The position numbers and the translations under genes were made by a program. A stretch of DNA of 64,000 bases from Atractiella rhizophila (taxonomy: Eukaryota). Positions 28,331 through 41,030 of this stretch are shown here, piece by piece. Numbering within the stretch: the first letter of the stretch is position 1; every line of letters starts with the position of its first letter. The DNA lies in contig MU271278.1 of assembly GCA_021432655.1 (NCBI GenBank), positions 1 through 64,000 on the forward strand, in the 5' to 3' direction. Below the pieces are notes generated by a model. That model was not told the DNA's origin. It saw only the letters and a program-made list of their open reading frames with translations, and ran no database searches.

Positions 28331-30850
28331 TGTGACTGTACGTACCTACCGCGTGACGTCGGTGACCGTCGGCCTCTTGAAAAGGTGACAGAGGATTTTC
28401 CGTATTTGTACAGGATCACGATCTTAGAAGTTAACCCCCGTAGAACCTCTCCGAACCCTTCCAACTTACGAAGAACTGCACGTTCAAGACAGTTTTTGTC
28501 CCTTTTGTTAGCCATCAGGTAAAACTTATCAACTGTAACAGACACCATCTCCCGTGGCAAATCGCACTGAAGCTGAAGTCCTATGCTCTCGTTTGACTAG
28601 AGGCCTTAGAGAACACTTGGTCCCTAGCTTTTCCTCTCTCTTGCTGCTGACAGCGACGTTTCTGCTTTCCGCTTCCTCAAGGTGGCATAAGAAAGTTCAA
28701 CCGCTCAGTAACGTTTGAAGAGCGCGCGGCACTAACGGGGATCCAAGAGGGCTCGAAAAATTGTTTCGCAGTATCAGCTTGTGATCGGAGACTTTAGGTG
28801 CCGCGAAGAAGGGGTTCAGTCGGTCTTAGAGTTAATCTGTGAGGCGAGGAAAGGATGGGAACTAGAAGCATCAGTCCTTGGTCAGGTGTTAGAGCTTTTT
28901 GGCGAGGAGAGGTTAAGAACCGATGAACTCGTATCGCCTACTCCAGGTCAACTATGTTAACTATCACCTGTACCATCCCTCTAGCAAGCCTTGGATACGT
29001 CAGTCCACCTACTCTTATTGCCATAACTTTCGACTGCCCGTTCATAACCCTCCCAACCTCCTCGACTTTGCTTGCCCTCCTCTACCAACCCGCTTGAATT
29101 TTTGAAGCTGCTACTGTAGGTGACCATCGCTGTAAAACCGATGAATTCACTCCCGTACTAGGTTCTCCCTTCGTCTCAGCTAAAATTCCGATGTCTTCCA
29201 CCTCAGTCAAGTTGAGTTTACCTCGATCGTTGAGTGAGGATCTACGGTGCGGGGAGAACAGTTGCATGACCTTCTCCCTTCCTCAACGGACTTGTTTGGC
29301 GGTAACACGGTACATACGGCTGTCAACTTCTGCATGGACGAATCGCTGGAGTTTTATTTACATTAAACTGGTAAGGCGATGACGGCAAGTCTAACAGTGA
29401 GAGTTACACGTTCACAACCACGCAGGTAACTGAGACCAAATCACCTCGACATATAGGGTTGGCTATTTTCGTCTCGTCAACTGTCGTGTGTACCTTGTAA
29501 GGTTATGTCACGATTGATTATATTAAGACAAGAAGGGGTTGGACTTGCTTCAATTTGGGAGGACTTCTACGTAATTCACACTAGTAGGGTTGATGTGTAC
29601 TGACTGTTTGGAAAGAGTATGGAACAAATTTGTCGCATTGGAAGTGGTGCGAAAGAAGAAGAGACTCTTTTCACATTACATTCATGAGACAGGTATGTCT
29701 CAGTTCTGAATTTGCCTGGAAGTTCGTTGGAGGAGGGAAGGTCGAGGTTCGAAAGGTGCGCGAGAGGTGACAGGCTTTTGTTTACTTGAGACGGGATGAC
29801 CGTCCTCTACTCTCGAGTGGAAAGGAACTTTCGGTCGTAGTTGGGGTTGTTNNNNNNNNNNNNNNNNNNNNNNNNNATGTAATGAACGACGAGCTGCATT
29901 TCCATTTAAAGGCTCCTCGTCATGGACAAAGACTTCCGGAAATGCGCGGGGTTGAACTTTCTAACCTTTTGTCCAAAGTGGTACGTCAGCAGACCCCTTG
30001 TTGCCCTGTTACCCTTTGTCTTTGCCCTTCCCATATAAAGCGATCGAAGCACCGCCTTTGCCACCTCTGCCTATTTATCGCAAGATGAACCAGTGTGCGA
30101 AACAGTTGCGACAAGTAGGATCAAGAGAATTCCGCCGCTATCAGATGGACGATAAGACATCCAAGTGTGAATTAAGCGATCTAGGGCTAGCTGAACTCTA
30201 CCGCTTTATTCTACATGATTTCCCTAGACAACAGCTGGAGCAAGAAACACGTGGAAGGCAAGCGTTCAAAAGGTGTGAAGGAGAAAACTCGTCCCTCGCG
30301 GATCACTCTAGACCATCCTTCCGAGCGATCAGCTAAACCTCTCCCAAAAAGGACATATTCAATTCTGAGCCAATCCTCTTCTTCAAGTTATTCGAACCCG
30401 TACCTCAGTCCATGTTGGACCTACAGCCCTTCTTCATCCTACTCGAATTCCTCTTACACCTTCTCCACTTCGCCCTCCCCCTGCTTTACCCAATCTGTCC
30501 AACCTTACAGAAGAGGAAGAGGCGTCATACTGGCGACACCCTCCACACATGGAAACTTCCACAAACACGCCTAATAAACTTCAGAAAACGCGTCCCAAAG
30601 CTAGCAGGAGGAGGCTTGTGTCACTGAAGGGTGAGACGAGGTAGTTCTCACTCAGGGAGGTTCGTCGCTGGCAAGTACCTCAAGCTTTGTCTCTGGCTTT
30701 GCACATTGATGAAGCATCCAGGCTCAGAACTAGCAAGGCACGAGCTGAACACGCCTCTGTAAGGGGTACGGGTACACCGTCCACACTGAACTAAGGGGGA
30801 GCCTTGCTTAGATGAGAGGAGAGCTCGTCTGAGGTCCTGAAATGTCCGGA
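28308..30850. other. Non-genic, probably repeat/TE-derived stretch containing a scaffold gap
   Basis: Abrupt loss of COX10 homology, no intact ORF with recognisable motifs, and an N-run in the middle. Confidence 0.35.
29852..29876. other. Assembly gap (25 N)
   Basis: Run of n characters. Confidence 1.
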
Positions 30851-30916
30851 TTATGACCGCTGAGCTAGTCTTTCCGGCTTAACTGTTTTCCTCTTGGTAC
30901 ATAACTGTGGAAGACA

Positions 30917-32137
30917 TTACGCTTTATTTACATAGCCCCATTCTTCTTGAAACTCGAGTGCCCTTTTAGCCGCTAGCTCTCTTGCTGTCCCTCCTCCGAT
31001 TGGACTGACCAATAGCGATTGGCTTGCCTCCAATCTCGACTACTTCTATCCAAGGCGAATCCCCGTTTCCAATGTTTTCTGTTCGGTAGAGCAGACTGAT
31101 TCCGAGTTTCTTGCAAACGTTGTGAAGATCATTCTGGAACCTTTCCTCCTCACGCTTGGGCTTTGCCTGATAAACTTCTAGCGCGCGTTTCGCTGCCATT
31201 TCCCTCGCTAGACTCCGTCGTGAGCTCTCACCAATTGCAATTTCTTCTCCGTCGATTTCCACCGCTTCGCGCCATAGATGGTGCGGGTGTTCCACTTGCT
31301 CGACCGTCCGATAGCGAAGGTTGAAATCCTGAACTTGCGACAGATTGTGCAGTTGGATCTGGTACTTAAACTCGGCAGAGGGTCGTGACGCCATCTGAGG
31401 CTGAGGCTGCGACAACTTCTCGATCTTCGGCTGTCGAGCTAGGGTCTCTGTAACCATTTCTTTGTTGGCATCCAGGAATTCATCGTAGACTCCTTTGAGC
31501 CACTCAGATGTGAATTGAAAACCTTTCTCGAGCATGAGAGCTCCAACGACGGCTTCGAAGACGTCTCCGATGACGCGCTCGCTCAATTTCATATCAGGGT
31601 GGTGTTGAATCTGATTTGAAAAGCCGAGAGAAACGCTGAGTTGGTAGATGGCGGAAGCCTCGACTGATTTGGACCGTAGCAACTGCGAGTATCCATATTG
31701 AAAAGGTAACATCTACAGCTGGGAAGACTCACTGCACGTTCCGTTAAGCTCATTTCTGGATATTTTTCATGGATAAGTAAAGTCACAACTGTGCACAAAA
31801 CAGCATCTCCGATATGCTCCAAAAGCTCGTAATTGTTAGACGGGTCGATGGAGCCATGAGTGAAAGCCTGTTTACGGAGTTCTGGAGAAAGCGAGTGAAT
31901 AACTTGCCCCAGAGAGCTATCGATCCTAGCTTTTGTCGAGGTATACCGCTGAAGTGGGGGACGCGTGAAACGAAAATAAAGTGGAGGTGTGCGCCTGGTA
32001 TTGAAGGAAACAGCTGAAAATTTGTCCGTTCTGAAGGACGACAACGAAATGTAAGAAGATGAACGGTATGTATAATTGAGGCGCGATTTTGGGAAGAGAG
32101 AAAACGGCGCCGATATTGACCTTCGAAGTTGCATCAT
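30917..32137 (-). CDS. Ribonuclease III-domain protein with two C-terminal dsRBDs (second dsRBD frameshifted near 30990)
   Basis: AFTHGS, YELLEHIGDAVL and GDVFEAVVGAL (RNase III signatures), with one intron near 31681-31730. Two dsRBD-like repeats end AREMAAKRALE and (shifted frame) ARELAAKRALE. Confidence 0.88.
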
Positions 32138-32550
32138 CTACGGTCGTTCATACCTAGATTACCACGTCGAAATCAAGAGTGAACTTCGGTCAAGCGTTGC
32201 AATTTTAGGCTGAAAGAACCCAAGGAGCGTTTCAGTAGGAGGCCGTGAGACGTTCAAGCTCAGAAGGCTAGCATAAACCATTCGAAGATATCACTCTTTA
32301 TCGCGCACGGCTGGTACTTCTGTGCGACAGTCTCCACATAGTCAAGCTCATCGAACACATCAATCAGAGGTGATCTCGTCAAGCCTCTGATAGATAAAAC
32401 TTCTTGTGTTTTGGGCCAACGCCATACAGCTTTAATTACGATGGATGTATAGAACAGTTGAGGCTGCTTGTTTTGTTAGGCTCTTTCTCAATTCGTCACT
32501 CTCGAGTGGTGACGCTGCAGACATTATTCTAGATACTGCATAAACCTCTA

Positions 32551-33098
32551 CTGTGTCGGCACCAGTAGTTTAACAACTATGCTCAAAAAAATACCATAGA
32601 TCCTTAACAACGTACAATTTTGTGTCCAGTTTTGATGGTATTGATACCGGAATGCCCGGAATACCTCATGACAGGTCTCAACTACACTCTCATATATTTT
32701 GGTAAGGAAATTACATCTTCTTCACTAAGATATAGCTCCTCAAATGAGGAGTACTCCTTCCCGATTATGACTCAAGCTGACTTCCTTTCGTTGAGATCTG
32801 AGATAGTCGCGCTGACACTTAGGCAAATAGTTGGCTTGCCATATCCCTTGAATTTGCGCAAAAAAAAAAAAATTGCAATGACACTTACTTCCTGAGAAAA
32901 ACACTGTTTAGTAAGAAAATTATTTTCAGTAATACCTCCAAGAGATTACAACCAAACCTATTACTGTTTAGAGATAAAATTTGCATTGGGATGAGGAGAT
33001 CGCGAATCCAAAATTGTTAAGGGATGGAGTCGTTTTTGAGAGACTTTAATATATGGTGTTAAGGATCTGGTGCTGTTAAGGTTCTGGTGTCAACACAG
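32551..33098. mobile_element. Non-autonomous TIR element (MITE), Tc1/mariner-like
   Basis: Left end TA|CTGTGTCGGCACCAGTAGTTTAACA versus right end (reverse complement) TA|CTGTGTTGACACCAGAACCTTAACA. Inverted subterminal AGATCCTTAACA motifs; AT-rich non-coding interior. Confidence 0.75.
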
Positions 33099-33674
33099 TA
33101 TAGCTTTATATGTTGCGCCAAGCTTATTGCGCGGAAAATAATGGTTATTAGATGGCTCCAACATCCCTGCCTCTACAACGACGTACAAGAATACGCACTT
33201 AGTTATCTCGTGCCCTGTCTCGTGCCTTCTCACTAGATCTCACTTTGACTCTGGCTCCTGCTATCACAGTCGTCACGTCACCCACTGATTGTGGTTGAAT
33301 GATTCGGTGGTCCTAACACCGTAACATTAAGCTCATGGGGTAATTGTTCCATGACGTCACCTTCCGGCGATTGCACTTTCAGGCTTCTCCTTCGCTCTTT
33401 GGTATCTTTAGACTTCTTTAGACTCGGCTCTTTACACAAACGAGTCCAGCGTCTTCTATCCCAGTACCCAAAGTACCCAACGTAGGACCTCTTGGACCTC
33501 CGATCGCCCACGGTGGAACTAGGTTATGATCTCATTCCTCTCAGTGCGACTGAGTGCTCAAAATTAGTGTAATACCAATGATGCCATGCTGCCATGCTTC
33601 CGATTTGCCTTCTGAAACGTGCCAAAAACCTGTTAAAAGTGGACAGAAATGATTTAGAATTGCAGTCAACGACC

Positions 33675-35581
33675 ATGGCCTCCGTTCCTCCCGCGTTGGA
33701 TTTGGTCGAGAAAGGGGAAGAAGGTGATGCTCAACTAGACGCTTCAACTGGGTCTCTTCCTCCCGACACGTTCGATCCGCGCTATGCGACGACTCGGAAG
33801 GAACTGTGGAGCTATTACTGCTATTACATCGGCAACAATGGCTTGAGCCTTTTCAACTTTGCTCCTACCGCCTTTCAAAACCTTCTCTACCAAGCCGCCG
33901 AATCTCCCGCCCTGTCACATAACCCTCTTGCGTCGGCGGACAACCCAGTTCACCTCCCGTTTGCGGGAGGGATGAGAACGCCAAATTCGGTCGTGCTCCT
34001 CGCCAATGGGATCTCCTTCGCTATTCAGAGTGCCATCTTCCTCATCTTTGGAAGTTGGGCGGACTTCGGGACGTTCAGACCGAATATTCTCATCTTTTGG
34101 TCCATTTTCGCATACGCCATTGGATTCGGTTGGTTGGGTGTTCATACACCCGAGAAATGGAAGATTGGAGCGGGATTGTACATCTGCGGTTTGATTGGTT
34201 ATCAGGTCTCGCTCACTTTTTGGACCGCCGCCTTTCCAGGGTTGGCCAGGAATACGGAGGAGATGAGGGCAGCGGGAGAGAAATTGAGGAAGGAAGAGAT
34301 CACTAGAGCTCAGTACGATGGAGAAGACATGATGCAAAGGAATAGGATAGCGAACGTAGCGTTCTGGGTGCAGAGGTATTCTTTCATATGCTCCCTTGCA
34401 CCTCCTCTCCCTCGTCAGACCGTCTAATGAAATGTGCGAAGTGTGGGAGAGATCTTCATCCTTTGCATCATAGTAGGTATCATGTTCGGTGTGAACGTCA
34501 ACGCCTCCGTGTCGAACAACAACTGGGGTCTCTCTGTCCTTGTTGCTTTCGCCTCAGGCGTCTGGCTCCTCGTCTCCCTCCCGTGGTTCTTTTTCGAACG
34601 TCGACGACCCGGTCTCCCCATACCTCCCAACAAATCCATCTTCACAGTCGGCTTCTGGAATCTGTGGCAGGCGGCAAAGCAGATCATTCACCTAAAGCAG
34701 AGCGTGATTTATCTTGTTGGATACTTCTTGTTGGGAGACTCCCTGAATACCACTGTCACTGTGATAGCGACTCTGCAAAATGAGATCGTGTAAGCTTCCG
34801 CTCCATCATTCAACATTCTTCCTAATCCGCAGGGAACAGTTACTATAACACCCTCCAACTCACCTATCTCCTCATAGTTGGAATTGGAGCCCAAGCGATT
34901 GGAATTGCCGGCTTTTGGCTCATTCAGAAGCGTTACAAGCTTACTACAAAAACCATGTTCAACGCGGTCATCTTCTTCATAGTTTTGTTAGACCTTTGGG
35001 GGATGATCGGAGCGTGGACTACGAATTTTGGATTGTGAGCCTGTCTGCCCGCTGACCGTACTGACCACGCTCGCCGCAGTCACCACAAATGGGAAGTTTG
35101 GGCATATCAGGCATACTAGTCCGTGTTCCCCCAAGGTGCCTAAATACTTACTAAGTGTGTTTACAGTGGACTACTCGTCTGTCCGTGGTACACCTATTCC
35201 CAGATCATGATTTCAGAAGTCACACCACGAGGACAAGAGTTCCTCTTCTTCTCTCTCTTCAGCATCATCGGCAAAACCTCTTCCTTCATCGGTCCCATCG
35301 TTTCCAGTGCTATCATCGATCGAGCCGTCAACAATGGCGTTTCTCAATCGAAGGCGAACTCCATGCCTTTCTACTTCCTCTTCGCACTCACCCTCCTTTC
35401 GGCCATTTGGTTGGTATGGGCTGTGGATTTGAAGAAGGCGAGGGAAGAACAGGAGAGGTGGAGGTTGAGGATCGAGACAACCATCGTGAGGGAGGGAGAG
35501 CAAGAGGAGAAGGTGATAAATGAGAAAGGGCTAGAGAAGGACTTGGATGATAAGCATGTGGACGAATTCAACAAAATGTAA
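33675..35581 (+). CDS. ATG22: Atg22-like vacuolar amino-acid efflux MFS transporter
   Basis: TTRKELWSYYCYYIGNNGL, GSWADFGTFRPNIL, FWTAAFPGLARNT, YFLLGDSLNTTVTVI, ISEVTPRGQEFLFFSLFSIIGKTSSFIGP. Confidence 0.9.
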
Positions 35582-35706
35582 ATGGTCCTATGACTATTCA
35601 TGATATTTTGAAGATGTTTGATATCTATACAGAAAAGTGTAAGATATTACAACAAAGCATGAGCATGGAATGCTACTACTTTTACATACTTTGGGAACCA
35701 CATTGA

Positions 35707-38700
35707 CTAATCCAAACTCCTTTTACTTAGCGCAAGACTGATCTCTCGACGCTCGCGCAACCAAGAGGTAAACGCAACGTTAACCTTTCCTTCTGCGTGA
35801 TTGACTTCCATCAGGTAGTCGGCGAAGACAATCAACATTCCGTAGCTGAACACAATCCAACTTTAGCCCTCGCCCTCAATAAAAAGGAACTCACCGATAG
35901 AGATAGTTTAGCTATTTAGCAGGAACTTCATCAGATATTGAATAAGTCAATCAAGGTAACTCACAGCAACCTCGAAAAGCTTTCTTTGTTTCTATCAACA
36001 CAAGTCAGTCACTTTCTGTTCATACACTAATAAAAAGACACAGACATCGCTACCAGCTTCTGCAGACTCTGCTCGCAGCTTGTAATCATATACGGCCTTG
36101 CGCAAATTCTGTACAGCTTCCATCGCGCTGCTTAAAGCTCAGCGACTAGTAACAGTGGTCAGAGGGCGGTCCTTACTCGATCGCACGATCGGTTAGGCGT
36201 TTTGCGAGTTTGCCATACTGAGGAGAAGTTAGCGTCAGACATTCATTGAAGCTATCCACGCACTGGTAAGACCCCTACAAGCTGTAAGATGAGTTTGTAT
36301 TCGCCATCGAGGTAGGGATTGGAGTCCCGATCATCCCAGCTTATCATGGACTCGCTGAGACTCTCAGATGTCATCGTGCGACCGATCATTTCTGGTTGCC
36401 TCGCTTGCTTTGAACTTGAAATGTTAGCGACAAGGCAAGCTGCAATCATGCCCGTCGTCGTCCTCCCCCGTCTAGAGATATATCAATAAACGCTCTACAG
36501 AATCCTTCGCCGACGAACCCCATTTGGCTAAAATAGCTCCGTTAGATCTCAAGAACGGGGAGTAAAGCAGGGACCTGCCAATTAAAGACCATTCCCAAGC
36601 GTTCATTGTCCTGCAATGCTTTTTTCACTCTCCCATGCAGGTTTTCAAACACTCCAGGTATTGGAGCCTGCTCATCTGTAACAGGCAAACGCCGGTAATC
36701 CACTTTGTAACCTTCCGAACGCATCAACTCAAAGACTTCTTTAGGCGTAAGGACATCGTCTGGTGAAGCTTCTTCGTAATTTGCGGTAACCCTGAAGTCT
36801 CCTGGGGTCTCCTCTGCTTCATCATGAAGAAGTAGCCGACCTTGATATTTCTTCAGCTCCTCTAACACATCCCTTTTCAGTGCGTTCTCCATGTTTTCCA
36901 CAATGTCTGTCGTGACTCCCTGAACCAGCATGGTAAGTATGTTAGAGGCACAAAGAGGCAGCTACCGTCGTAATAACATTCTCCAAAGGGTTACTCTCCA
37001 ATCGAAGCACATGAGGTCGTCCTGTGGGTGTCTATTAGGATGCTCAAGGATAATGAGGTGACGTACCAGAGATATATAAGACTGGTTCCTAATCGTCGAG
37101 GTGAGTAATAGTACCAGGCGGCGCGAAACCACTTACCTCCCGCATGGACGTCCAGAAAACCTGAACACCGTCAGGGCCTTCCGCTCCCATTCGTTGCAAG
37201 GCGTGTCGTAGACTGGTTGGGAATTTAAAAGTAGATATTGCCAAAGACACAACGTACCCATCAACTGTAGGCATACCACAACCGAAAGTCGAAAAGTTTT
37301 CGCTTTCATCATGAGCTGCGTCCAAAAGAAGTTCTTGCCTACGATAATTTGGCGCTCCGTCGACACCTACACAAGATGTGAAAGATGTTGCTTGTAACAT
37401 ATTCGACTTACGGTCAGGCAAGGACATCTTTTGCAGGTTGGAGAAGAAGTCGGACTGTTCTATTTTTCAGTATGTTGGAAGGCTGTTAACACGTGTGAAC
37501 TACCTTGAGAATCGTTCGAGCAGAGAGGATCCGTCCCGATCGACGCTCTATGATGTCTGAAAGGCCTTCTTCGTCCGCCGTAGAAGGACGATCAAGTGGC
37601 CTGTTGATCCATTCAGCAAGCTTTCAACAGTCTGAACAACATGCAGACATTAATGCTTGCAGACCCATGGAATCAATTTCGTTCTCGATTGTCTTGAAGT
37701 CCGGTCGACTTTTGACAAAGTTTGGAAAGGACTTGTCGTCGTCCGTGTCCCTTATGGTGTCACCTTTGAGTTCGTGTAGATAGGAGGCGTACTATTCAAG
37801 CGTCAACTCGGTAACGAAGAATAAAATGTACCAGCGCTCACAAGGATAAGGTAAAAGTAGCGACGAAGCTTAGCTAATCCTGTTTTCAAAGCTCTCTCCT
37901 TCTCTTCCTGATTTCGAGCTTGTTCCATTCTCTGACGGGTCTCCTCAATTGATTCAAGTAAGTCGTAGCTTGATCCTTCCGAGGCTTGCTTGATAGCGCT
38001 ATCCACGAGGCGCTTGACATAGTGCCCGCGATTGACCACACGGAGAAGATTGTTAATGACTGCATAAGCATGGTATCGAGGATGCTCCTCCAGCTTGATG
38101 TAGGCGAACGGGTCAGATCGTGAATAAACCCATTGTTGTTGAAGAAGCATGTAAACGAGCGCCTGAGTACTTCGTCCGCGTCCCAGCTGGCAGTTGACGA
38201 CGATAGGCGAAGATTTCTCGAGCCGACCGATAATGCCAGCCAGTTCGCGAATATCAGAAAAATCCTACGGATCAATGAGTTGTTGTCGGTGCAGAAGAGA
38301 CAAAAACAGACCGGTGACTTCTCTGCTGTTGTTGGAATTCGGTAGAAGGTCAGCTGATGCGGCTTTCGCTGTTGAGCGACATTATTCATGATTTCCTTGA
38401 GAGTCTTGACGTTTTCAGGAAGACATGGCTCAAAGACGGGTACGATGGATCCATCCGCTTGTTCAAGGTGGAGAAGGATCTTCCCTTCAAACGATTTAAG
38501 TTCCGAAAGGATGTCGTTTTTAAGACGGTCTTCAATTATCTCGAGCCGAGCAGCAGAAATGCCACTAATTGCATCATGATGTCAAAAGAGCACCCTGCCA
38601 TGCGATTAAAAACCTACGAGTACGACTTCATGTTCCTCAAACTTATTGCCTCCTCCCTATCATAAAATAAGTGATTTCATCATTGAGGAACTCCTTCCAC

Positions 38701-41030
38701 TGACCGCAGAACGAAAGGTTGACCATTGATATAAATCAATGGCTCCTCCCGCAAATTTATCCACGTTACATCGTCCTTTCCAACGGAGTCATGTACCAGA
38801 CCAAGAACATTGTCGATTCCATCCTCAGTCGGCTGAGACAAGGCGAAGAAGCTGGAATGGTGGACATGTCGAATATTCGTAACTCCACTAAAAGGAAATT
38901 TAGAAAGCGAGCTGAGCGAAGTTCTCACACCTACCGCACTCTTGTTTCTTCCTCCGTCCTGCCTTCTCCCCACTGATCCATTTTCAGAATCGTCCCTTTT
39001 CTAAGGGTGATACCGCTCCTGTTGCTGACGATATGCACCGCCCATTCCAAACCTCCTCTAGTTGTGGAAGTGGCAGAGGGCATCAACGAAGCAGTCTTCG
39101 CGGCTCCGAGAGTTGCTTGGGAAACTGAAGATAGGTCATATATTGGCGCAAGGATATATATGTCCTTGTTGTTCATTCGCTTTAACATCGATCTGATTTC
39201 AGCACGCTCTTGCAGCCAGGAGTTAAAAGGGACATTTTGGTTCTTGTCGTCATTGATGAATGAAGCAAAGGCGATAAGAAAGAAGTACCGCTCCAGCGCA
39301 TGTACGGCACGTTTGACTGAAGCTCCCTTCTGATTGAGGGCTGTAAGGGCGTATTGTATCCGCTCTTCAACGATCTGGTCTCGCAAATTGATGACTAAGT
39401 CGCCTAAGTTCGGATTGTTTAGCAGTAGAAGAAGATGCGTGTCAGAACCTCACATTGATCAATGACAGCGTCCACAACACGCTTTGAGGAGTGTCCATCA
39501 TCCAGCACCGAAAGTAGAGAGAGTATAACGTCGTAACTACCTAGCACGGCATTCCTCAGACCTTCCAATATTTTCTCGTCTTGACTCAAAAGGTTGATTG
39601 GAACCTCCCCATCAAGACCTATCCCCATATGCTAATCAGTCGCGTTCCAATAAAGTTCACTATCGTACACTTCTGGAAGATATGCATCAGCTTGAGAAGC
39701 GCCATGTCCCTATTCCGTTGGCGTCCGGCCATCCTTAGACTCTTGACTGCGCCATCAGGTGTGGAGGACGACTCGTTATCAGCGAACGGGTCAGGGTTCC
39801 CCTCGCGAATGAGCTGTTTTCGGCGGATAAGGATGGCGGTAGACATTGCGAAAGTGGTCCTTTTCTGAGGCTCAACACGGATTTTCTGTAAAAGAGAAAG
39901 AAGAGACAAACGAACCGTACGACTCCCATTCCGCAGTTGAAAATGAGAGCTGCAGTGGTGGGCACAGACCGGAGAGCAGCAAGATATTGAGCGAGATAGT
40001 TGTCTCCTGGATTCTGATCGCTCATGATCGGTATACGCCGATACTACTCCACCCGTAAGGATCCATAACGTTGAGAAAACGGTACACACTTGAACTGAAT
40101 AACCAGCAGCTTTCACGCTCTCCCATACATCTCGACTCGTCATCACATCATCAACACTGATCCAGGTTTCGATGAGCTCTCCTTCTGCCGTTTCCTCGTG
40201 GACCATCTGTTCTCACTTTCAGTTTCAACTCCTCATAGGGTGAAGGATGAACCCACAAACAACCCTCCATACTTCGACCCTTCGCGAATAATATCGTTCT
40301 TGAGTCTGGCGTCAAAACAGAAAGTCACATGCAAGTTCTCATGAATTGCAGTTAAGCATGAAGTACAGATGCAGGTCTGCATTCTGTGCGACAAAGAGAC
40401 GTACCTGTTCTCGATGGCTTCCAACACTTCTTCTCTATCACTAACCTCCATATTTCGCTTCCAATTCTCGGAATCCCTCAATACGAATGGTCTAATACCA
40501 ATATAAACTACCGGCTCGTCCCTAGTACAAAACCAGATCGCTTCAGTTTTCTTCAACCCTTTATCCGAACTGGCATTCCCTTTCGACGGCCCAGCACCAA
40601 GGCTGGTCAAAATGCTTTTGAGGCCAATAACCGTCGGCTGCGCGCTCCCATAAATCCCGAGGCTCTGTTCAGGCTCAGCAGCACGAAAGTTGGGGGCGCC
40701 ACGGATGAGTAAAGGGAGGAAAGTGGCACGACCGGAAGTCCAGAAATCAGTCTTGACAATCATTCCTCGAGAGAGCACGCTGCCATTTCGAACGCGCACG
40801 ACGTCTGGAGCAGAGCGTTGAAGGCGAGAAAGGGAGGTAGGAAAGCGAATGGCCGGATCGGTAGAAGGCGGTGGGAGAGGGGAAGTGGAAGATTGTTGGA
40901 TGGGTTGAGGCGTCAATGTGCGACGTGCTTCCATGGTAGGCGACGGAATGATGGAGAGATGAGGGTTCGAGTGCGAGGCAGCAGGATTGATGGATGGTGG
41001 CGGTCGAAGAGCGTGAGAAGATGGCGCCAT
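35707..41030 (-). CDS. Paladin-like / PTP-like phytase (inositol-phosphate phosphatase) protein with three tandem PTP-like domains, many introns
   Basis: Repeated GAPNFR/GVTNIR/GAPNYR, R(D/E)EPVVYI..RPFVLR and (A/L)ERYFFLI motifs. Three CX5R loops: CGMGVVR, CQLGRGR, CQMGRGR. TAG at 35707-35709. Confidence 0.9.

Noticed and set aside
28308..30842. Complete LTR element bounded by TGTCAGG...CCTGAAA
   Set aside because: Imperfect end, no target-site duplication, no LTR pair or pol motifs, and a gap inside.
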